NCBI GenBank assembly: GCA_951406725.2
Contig: OX597828.1
Span: 18,972,001-19,036,000, forward strand
DNA from: Octopus vulgaris
Lineage: Eukaryota
DNA: 64,000 nucleotides
Reading direction: 5' to 3'
Shown here: positions 55,493 to 64,000 of the stretch, one piece after another
Numbering within the stretch: the stretch's first letter is position 1
Layout of the letters: each line of letters opens with the position of its first letter
The notes under the pieces: model-generated
Databases searched by the model: none
The model's input: the letters and a program-made list of their open reading frames with translations, nothing else
What the model was told of the DNA's origin: nothing
Position numbers and translations under genes: made by a program

Positions 55493-55691
55493 GAGTCAAG
55501 ACTATTGAAAAGGTTGCAAGACACAACGAAAATTTTAGGAAAATAAAAATAAGAAATAAGTGGAAATTTTACCAGTGTGTGTGTTACATTATAAGGCACA
55601 AAAAGAAAATGACTCTCCCTAGACACAACAGAATATGCTTCAACACACGAACTCATATGAAGAATCTTACAAACCAAATCCAAAAACGAAA
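55493..55691. mobile_element. Interspersed repeat (contiguous form of 29449-29672)
   Basis: High identity to both halves of 29449-29672. Ends at a TA tract. Confidence 0.85.
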
Positions 55692-55711
55692 TATATATAT
55701 ATATATTTTTT

Positions 55712-56120
55712 TCTTTTTTTTACTTGTTTCAGTCATTTGACTGCAGCCATGCTGGAGCACTGCCTTTAATCGAGCAACTCAACCCAGGACTTATTCTTTG
55801 TAAGCCCAGTACTTATTCTATTGGTCTCTTTTGCCGAACCGCTAAGTGACGGAGACATAAACACACCAGCATCGATTGTCAAGCAATGCTAGGGGGACAA
55901 ACACAGACACACAAACACACACACATACACATACATACATATATATATACATATATACGACGGGCTTCTTTCAGTTTCCGTCTACCAAATCCACTCACAA
56001 GGCTTTGGTCGGCCCGAGGCTATAGTAGAAGACACTTGCCCAAGGTGCCACGCAGTGGGACTGAACCCGGAACCATGTGGTTGGTAAACAAGCTACTTAC
56101 CACACAGCCACTCCTGTGCC
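55712..56120 (-). mobile_element. Family A SINE, near full length and CpG-retaining (young)
   Basis: Complete head (GGCACAGGAGTGGCTGTGTGG) to tail. Confidence 0.92.
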
Positions 56121-56151
56121 TATATACACACATATATACACACACACGTAC

Positions 56152-56186
<35 letters not shown>

Positions 56187-56855
56187 CATACACAGATAGC
56201 ATGTTAGTGTTTGAACATCATGAAATCCTACTGCAGTTAAAGGAAACCAGAGAGAGGAACTAACAGTCTTTAATGCCAGGAATATCACAAAAGCAGTTCC
56301 AAAAACCTAATCTTAATTGAATTAATCAGTTAAATTCTGTGCAGTCCCTATACATATATGTTCAATTCCTTGCAATAGTTCCACGTTCTAAGAAAATACC
56401 GAAACTCAACAAACAGCGCAATTCCAAATTTCCCTTATCTCCCATCTAATCCAGATAAATGCAAAATGCCTTTACGTACCACATTATCCATAAAATCTGC
56501 TTCTTCTCTATAGAACTAAATTCTCTGGTGAGTTGCTACGATACTATATACTACAATAAATCCCAAGAAATCAAAAACTAACATCTAGCCAATCAAATTC
56601 CATCTGGTATTTCTCTGTTGCAATCACCATTAAATACTCTGGACATATCATATCAAGCTGATTCTGGCTGGACATTAAAAGGGTATTCAGCATACGCGAT
56701 ACAATAAAAACACTACAGTGGCAGAGCAGTATGATGTGGTTTGCTATGTAGACACACTTGTATGTGATATTAGAATCGTATCTGATCTATTGTGTTGAAT
56801 TCTCAAATGATCGATCTGTTTTCTCTGGTTTGTGACTTTGCTTTTATCCCTTGTT

Positions 56856-57018
56856 GAGTGGCTGTGTGGTAAGTAGCTTGCTTATCAACCACATGGTTCC
56901 GGGGTTCAGTCCCACTGCGTGGCACCCTGGGCAAGTGTCTTCTAGTATAGCCTCGAGCTGACCAAAGCCTTGTGAGTGGATTTGGTAGACGGAAACTGAA
57001 AGAAGCCCATCGTATATG

Positions 57019-57053
<35 letters not shown>

Positions 57054-57225
57054 ATCTGTGTTTGTCACTTTAACATTGCTTGACAACCGATGCTGGTGTG
57101 TTTACGTCCCCATAACTTAGCGGTTCAGCAAAAAATAAGACCTGGAGTCGATTTGATTCGACTAAAGGCAGTGCTCCAGCATGGCCACAGTCAAATGACT
57201 GAAACAAGTAAAAGAATAAAAGAAT
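56856..57225 (+). mobile_element. Family A SINE
   Basis: Full head to GTAAAAGAATAAAAGAAT tail. Confidence 0.9.
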
Positions 57226-57969
57226 ATTCCTGTTGAAATACACTGCTTTCGGTTAATTTTGAAAATGATGCAGAATTTAGTAAAAGAACTTGATCATTAT
57301 CAAACTGACGAAGTTTGTTTTAATAAGCATTATGAAAGTGTATGGAATATTAATTAACATGAAATTTTAATGAAATTTTAATGAAATATCTTAATTTAGA
57401 TCACTTGAACAATAAATTTGTATCATGGAACCAAAGGTTGATCTCAGGCAGGTTGGTGTCAAAAGGGCTAACAATGGCACAGTTGTGACTGTGCGATAAG
57501 AATTTTGCTCCTTGACCACATGGTTCCAGGTTCAGTCCCACTGCATGGCACCTTGGGCAAGTGTCTTCTACTATTGCCTCGGACAGACCAAAGTCTTGTA
57601 GATATGGTAGACAGAAACTGTAAGAAGCCCATCGTGTGTGTGTGTGTGTGTGTGTGAATCTGTACTTTGTGTCTATGTTTGTGTTTGTGCTCACTACCAC
57701 TCGATAACTGACATTCATGTTGTTTTTCCCCTGTAACTTAGCAGTTTGGCAAAAGAGACTGATAGAATAGGTACCAAACTTAAAAAATAACTACTGGAGG
57801 GTGATTCATTTGGCCTGAAATTCTTCAAGGCAGTGCCCCCATCATGGCCACAGTTTAATGATTGAAGCAAGTAAAAGATAAAGGAAATATAAAATGATGA
57901 AGTCTAAGGACTTGGTTATTCTTGTCAGATTAAGCTCCTGAATGCCAGACACTTATGAAAGCAATAGAA

Positions 57970-58480
57970 ATCATCATCATCATCATCATCGTTTAATGTC
58001 TGTTCTCCATGCTAGCATGGGTTGGATGGTTCGACCAGGGATCTGGGAAGCCAGAGGGCTGCACCAGGCTCCAGTCTGATCTGGCAGTGTTTCTACAGCT
58101 GGATGCCCTTCCTAACGCCAACCACTCCGTGAGTGTAGTGGGTGCTTTTTACGTGCCACCAGCACAGTTGCCAGCCTCGCCTGGCAACGGCCATGATCAG
58201 ATTGGTGCATTTTACATGCCACCGGCACAGAAGCCAGTCGAGGCGGTGCTGGCATCGGCCACGTTCGGATAGTGCTTTTTACGTGCCACCGGCACAGGGA
58301 TCACAACTGCAGTTTCCATTGATTTTGATGTTGGTGTACTTGACTCAATGGATCTCCTCAAGCACAGGGTCGAAATGGTGTTTCTTCACTTGCCACCTGC
58401 ACAGGGATCAGTCCAGCAGTCCTGGCAACTGCCGGGTGCCAGTCATAGGATTGGTTCAATTTCGATTTCACTTGCCCCAT
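57970..58480 (-). mobile_element. Family D element
   Basis: (CAT)n, CCATGCTAGCATGG, GCTGGATGCCCTTCCTAACGCCAACC, then TTTTACGTGCCACC repeats. Confidence 0.8.
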
Positions 58481-59657
58481 GCTCATCATCATCATTGTCA
58501 TCATCATCATTTTAATGTCCACTTTTAACGTGGTATGCTTCCATGGATCAGACAGAATTTGTTGTTGGGGCAGATTTTATATCACCCACCGGATGCTCTT
58601 CCTGTCTCCAACTCTTACTTATTTCCAAGCAACGTAATATTTCGCCATGGCCAGACGTGGTTTCCATAGAATTCTAGAAACAAACAAGATTGCATGTACG
58701 ACACTGATGATCATTTACAACATGAAGTGATGACAAAATAAGGATACACACATGCACACACATTTTTGCATACACATACACATTCACGCACACACACACA
58801 CACACACATATATATTTACATGATGGCCTTCTTTTAGTTTCCATCTACCAAATTCGCTTAAAAGGCAGTGGACAACTCAAAGCACTTAGAGAAGACACAT
58901 GCCCAAGGTACTGCAATGTAGGACTTAAGACAAACTTACACGGTTGCAAAGTGAGCTTCTGAACCATACAGTCATTTAGAAGCATTACAATAGTTGGCTA
59001 TAACAGTATATTTTCAAAAACGTTTATTTTTGATATTTCGCACAGCAACCTCCTATTCATGAAATAACATAACTGAACAACATTGAAATAAAAACTGCTC
59101 AAAGCTATGAATTTTTCAAACTAGATACAGATATATGAAAATATTGTAAATGAAAGTTGTCATTTCTTACATCTTACCAACTAATCAACTTAAGATACTC
59201 GGCAACAGTAATACAAAAAATACAAAAAAATATGAAACAAAAAAATGGAGAGTTGGTTACTACTGCTGTTATTGCAATTGTTGTTATTGTCATTGCTATT
59301 GTTGCTTAGTATCAAAGCAGCCCTGAGCAGGCAGATTTATGATCAAAGTCATAAGATAATCATTCCATCTTTTATTTTTTTATTCTATCAGACATAGCTA
59401 TCTATTGAAAGCTATTTATGGCTATGGTACATCTCATATTTACAGCTTGCATCTCCAGTCTGGAAACCTCATCCTGTCCAGAATTTCAACCTGCTCGAAG
59501 ATATCTGGAGACATGCAATAAGATGAAAACTCTCTGTCAGTCACTGACCATATCTTCAATGTATTGTTTCTCTAAACATCAGCTCACTACAGTTTCAATG
59601 TCTAACAGCTGACCTTCTAGAAGGCTATACACACACACACACACATACATACATACA

Positions 59658-59692
<35 letters not shown>

Positions 59693-59699
59693 CTATATC

Positions 59700-59793
59700 G
59701 AGTTGGTAGTGCTGTAGGTAGTCCATCAGTCTCATGACCACATCCCAAATAGGAGGAATCTGAAGGTTGTGAGTTTGATCCTCGCTCAGGGCA
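59700..59793 (+). pseudogene. Intron-containing tRNA-Met(CAU) pseudogene
   Basis: Aligns to elongator tRNA-Met: ..GTAGGTAG..TCAGT-CTCATG-[21-nt insert 59737-59757]-A-TCTGAAGGTTGTGAGTTTGATCCTCGCTCAGGGCA, followed by a T6 terminator. Acceptor and D stems have mismatches and the B box is TTTGA. Confidence 0.8.
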
Positions 59794-59874
59794 GATTTTT
59801 TAAAGTCTTTCACTAAGATATTTTAAATATGTACCCAGATATATTAATTTGTGGTGGAGAATTATTTTGGGGGT

Positions 59875-60295
59875 ACAGGCTTGGCCATGTGGTAGGAAGC
59901 GAGCTTCCCAACCACATGGTTCTGGGTTCAGTTCCACTGCCTAACACCTTGAGCAAGTGTCTTCTGCTACAGCCTCCGGCCAACCAAAGCATTGTAAGTG
60001 GATTAAGGCTTTGGTGGATGAAAACTGAAAGACGCCCATTGTATATATATATATATATGTATGTATATATATATATATATAAAAATGTGACCTCGTGTGT
60101 ACCATTGGTGATTTTTTTTTTTTCACCTCTGTCTTCCCTTCTCTGGATCTTTCCTTCTCCTATGTTTCCGACGAAGAGCTCCGCTCAAAACGTTAAACCC
60201 TCCTTCTTTCTTTCTTTCCTGAGCGTCCAATAATACTATATTTGTTCCACGTCCTCGCGTTGTTGTTTTTTTTGTGCTTTCTTGTTTGGATTAAC

Positions 60296-60375
<80 letters not shown>

Positions 60376-60393
60376 TAGATATAGATATGTATG

Positions 60394-60434
<41 letters not shown>

Positions 60435-60670
60435 ATATATTTATGTGTGTGTATTTGTGTCTGTTTATCTCCCCACCATCATTTGACAACCGATGTTGAT
60501 GTGTTTACGTCCCCATAACTTAGCAGTTCAACATAAGAGACCAATAGAATAAGTACTAGGCTTACAAAGAATAGATCCTGGGTGTGATTTCTTCGACTAT
60601 AATCCTTTAAGGCGATACTCCAGCATGGTGACTGTCAAAAATGACTGAAACAAGTAAAAGGATAAAAGAA
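59875..60670 (+). mobile_element. Family A SINE split at its internal microsatellite
   Basis: Head at 59875-60045 and tail at ~60430-60670, with a nested insert at 60081-60299. Confidence 0.85.
60081..60299 (+). mobile_element. Short Penelope-type repeat with degenerate HHR
   Basis: GTTT-CCGACGA-A-GAGC-TCC-GCTC-AAAAC-GTT-AAAC at 60164-60198. Stems I and II pair; two core substitutions. Confidence 0.7.
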
Positions 60671-62311
60671 TATATATATACATTCGATGGACTTCTTTCA
60701 GTTTCCTTCTACCAGATCTATTTAGATGGCTTTGGTCAGCCCAAGGATATAGTGGTAGATACTTGCCCAAGGTGACATGCAGTGGGACTGAACCTGGAAT
60801 CATGTGGTTAGGAAGAAAACTTGATACCACACAACCATGCCTGCACCTATCAAAAATTACCTTGAATTTTTTTTTTTTTTTTTGGTGATGTGGCCCGTTG
60901 ATGATGACCTGTTTCTCACACCTGGTATATAATAAGCTCAGTTTTATATACTACCTTATCCAATGCATTCTTAGGCATTTTTTTTTTTTTATTATTATTA
61001 TTTTAAAATAGCAGGAAATAGTTTGCAGAAATTTGGCTGCTATTTCTAGCACGCTGATTGATTTCTTTAGAAACTTGCTGATTGCTCAATTTCTTAGTGT
61101 TTGATCATAAGGAGTCTTATGGGAATTCTATAATCATTTTTATGTATTTGTAGCACAAACCACTCCTGTGCTGTTTTTATTTTTTTTTTTCCTTTTTTTT
61201 AAATACTACTCAATAAACATCAAAGAATATAAAAGAATTTTTTTTTTTGTTCTGTTTGTTTTGTTTAACATTGAAACAATCTGATTATGGATATTACTTC
61301 CAGGATGGAAGCAGTATCCCTTTTGAGAAGAAGTGAGTCTCCAAACATTAATTAGCCAGTCTGTATTATGCAGATATATTTTTAATAAATCAAGGAGGGG
61401 ACGTTTTTAATTCCAGTTCTGATCCATATAAAAAAAAGAAAATTAAATTAAAAAAATCAAACAAGCATACAAAAAAAAAACCTACCAATACTTTGGCTCC
61501 TCGTGAATTGATTAAGCTTTTTGATAAGTTCAGTAACATTTTTTTTTTTTTGCTTGTTTTATGTATTTATTTACTTATTTATTTATTGCTCTTTTGTGCA
61601 TCCATATTTCTATGGTAGCGTTGTTTAGGATGGTTGTTTTGGTTAGACCAATTGTTGCTCAGCCGGATACTTATCATATCACTAACCATTCAACTGTACG
61701 ATGGTTGCCAGTCAAGTAAATTGCTTTAGTCACATGCCAAGAGGGAGAAAGCGGTGGGGAGAAGGGAGCAGCCTTATGTGGTAGCTTGGCTTGGCTTGCT
61801 AGAAACAGCAGCCAAATCTCACTCAGCTATCAACTTACCATTGAGTAATGTAACCCTAGCTACACATGCTATCATCATCATTGTCATCAGCATCATCAGC
61901 ATCATCCTCATTATCATCATAACTACCACCCACCGCCATCATCATCATCATCATCATTACTACCACCATCATCATACATTTTTTTTTCCATGCTAGCATG
62001 GGTTTGATGGGTCTATTTCATCATAGCATCTCACATCTTGTTGCACTCTTTCATCACCTCCTCCATTGTGAAGTGCACTTTCTTAGGATCAGACTCCACC
62101 ACTTCTTTCTTCTAATATCTTTTCATGGACTCTCCTCTTCTGCTGTCTCTTCCCATGTTTCTATGCAGTTTCCATCAACTGATTTCACTCACAAGGCATT
62201 AGTTGGCATATGGCCAAGATATTGTGCAGTGGAATTGAACCTAAGGCCATAGGATTGTGAAACAAATCTCTTAATCACACAGCCTTGCCTGCAAGTCATG
62301 TCTATTGCCTC

Positions 62312-62355
<44 letters not shown>

Positions 62356-62619
62356 CTATATATATCAATGTTTGTTTTTATGTTACTATAAAAACAATTT
62401 TACATTAAACTGAAGGATTACTCAATACTTTCGGTATAGTACAAGTTTGTTGTTTCTTAACAAAATTAGCATTGACAGTAACTTTGAAGTTTTGACCAGC
62501 TGAGTTATCATCAGACAGTTCAATAATGGTTTAGCTGGCTAATTGTTCATATTCATTGTCAATACTATTCTTGTTAAAGAATAATAAATATGTAGGTATA
62601 AAGCTAATATTGGTACCCA

Positions 62620-63040
62620 GCTGTGTGGTAAGTAGCTTGCTTACCAACCACATGGTCACATGGTTCAAAGTTCAGTTCCACTGTGTGACACCTTGGGCGA
62701 GTGTCTTCTACTATAGCCTTGGGCTGACCAAAGCCTAGTGAGTGGATTTGGTAGAAGGAAACTGAAAGAAGCCCATCATGTACATATATATATATATATA
62801 TATAAAATATATATATATATAGATAGATAGATAGATAGATAGGTATATGTGTATATGTTTATGTATTGCTGTTTGTCCCCCCCCCACCATCACTTGACAA
62901 ATGATGTTGGTGTGTTTACATCCCTTTAACTTAGAGGTTCAGTAACAGAGACCGATAAAATAAGTCCTGGGGTCAATTTGTTTGACTAAAGGTAGTGCTC
63001 CAGCATGGCCGCACTCAAATGACTGAAACAAATAAAAGAA
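62620..63040 (+). mobile_element. Family A SINE
   Basis: Family A head, microsatellite and tail. Confidence 0.88.
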
Positions 63041-63865
63041 TACGAGAAATACAGTATCCATGTGTGTCACAAATGGATTTCCTCCAAGAAATGCAACCTG
63101 CTGTTAAACAGTTGCCCCAAAACTCACATCTAACCGATGCCAGCATGGAAAAGTCGATGTGACAATGATAAGCATGATGATTTGAAGTTATTGCTATATT
63201 ATTATTAAAAAAAAAAGAGACAAATAGTATTCACTGAAAAAGAATTCAATACAGGGGTTGGAGCATAGCAGAATCAGTAAAGTGCTAAAACAAAAATGTC
63301 TTGTGCCACTTGGTTACTTCTCCTTTATGCCGTTTTCTTTTTAATACAATTTTGTTTCAAATAAGGCCTGAAGGCTCAGGGGTGTAAGAAGACTACAGAG
63401 AAGGGGAAAAAAAGTGGGGTCTACAAACTCAAAAGATTTATTTGTCAGAAAACATAATGGATAGAATATCATAGAGCTGAGGACAACATGATGATGGCTG
63501 TGAGCTCCCAAGAGCAACAGTTCTAAGAAAGAAGCAATTGGAATAAAAATGACTTGTTTATTAACAGGAAGCCCAACAGAGAAATGATGTGCTTGGGAAG
63601 AGAAGCAGATGACATGTTTTAAAGGTCTTGACAGTGTGCTCCAGACCAGGGAGCTTGTCAGAAGAATCACCATGGAAATACTTATCGAAAAGACTCAATG
63701 AAGATATATTTCAAAGATGAGCCAAAGACATCCAGTCTTGTAGAAAGAAGAGGACTCACCATGTTGACAAGTCTGTCTGGATTCAATCAAGCAAGTTGTG
63801 ACACTCAGAGGTGGCACCAACCCAAACATGAAAGTAATATTAATGCAAAGCTGAAGGTGACGAGC

Positions 63866-64000
63866 TAGTGGAGTCATTACTGTGCTGGGCAAAATGCTGC
63901 TAAGCATTTTGTCTGTCTTCATGTTCTGAGTTCAAGTTCTACCAAGGTCGACTTTGCCTTTCATTCTTTCAGGGTTGATAAAATAAGTACCAGTTGAGTC
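63866..64000 (+). mobile_element. Family B SINE (runs off the window)
   Basis: GGTGACGAGCT..GAGTTCAAGTTC..GTCGACTTTGCCTTTCATTCTTTCAGGG. Confidence 0.85.

Noticed and set aside
63340-63780. Possible LINE coding remnant
   Set aside because: Purine-rich and coding-like but with no diagnostic motif; too decayed to call.

Overview
AT-rich, repeat-dense eukaryotic non-coding DNA (large intron or intergenic region), most likely from an octopus. That assignment is inferred from the tRNA-derived SINE families and the extreme (TA)n/(AAT)n/(TATC)n density. I found no intact protein-coding gene: almost all ORF-track entries are read-throughs of microsatellites or SINEs. The window holds several tRNA-headed SINE families, TTAA-flanked and Tc1/mariner MITEs, and decayed fragments of Tc1/mariner, R4/Dong-like, RTE-like and Penelope-like (GIY-YIG) elements. 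The most notable signal is about ten minimal type I hammerhead-ribozyme (HHR) motifs, one fully intact, in several unrelated short Penelope-type elements. One of these elements joins a tRNA-like Pol III head to an HHR tail and is inserted as a ~590-bp palindrome. Also present: an intron-containing tRNA-Met pseudogene, an inverted templated duplication between ~6 kb and ~50 kb, and repeat-free islands that look like enhancers. All calls were made by eye; repeat boundaries are approximate and SINE copies are listed representatively, not exhaustively.
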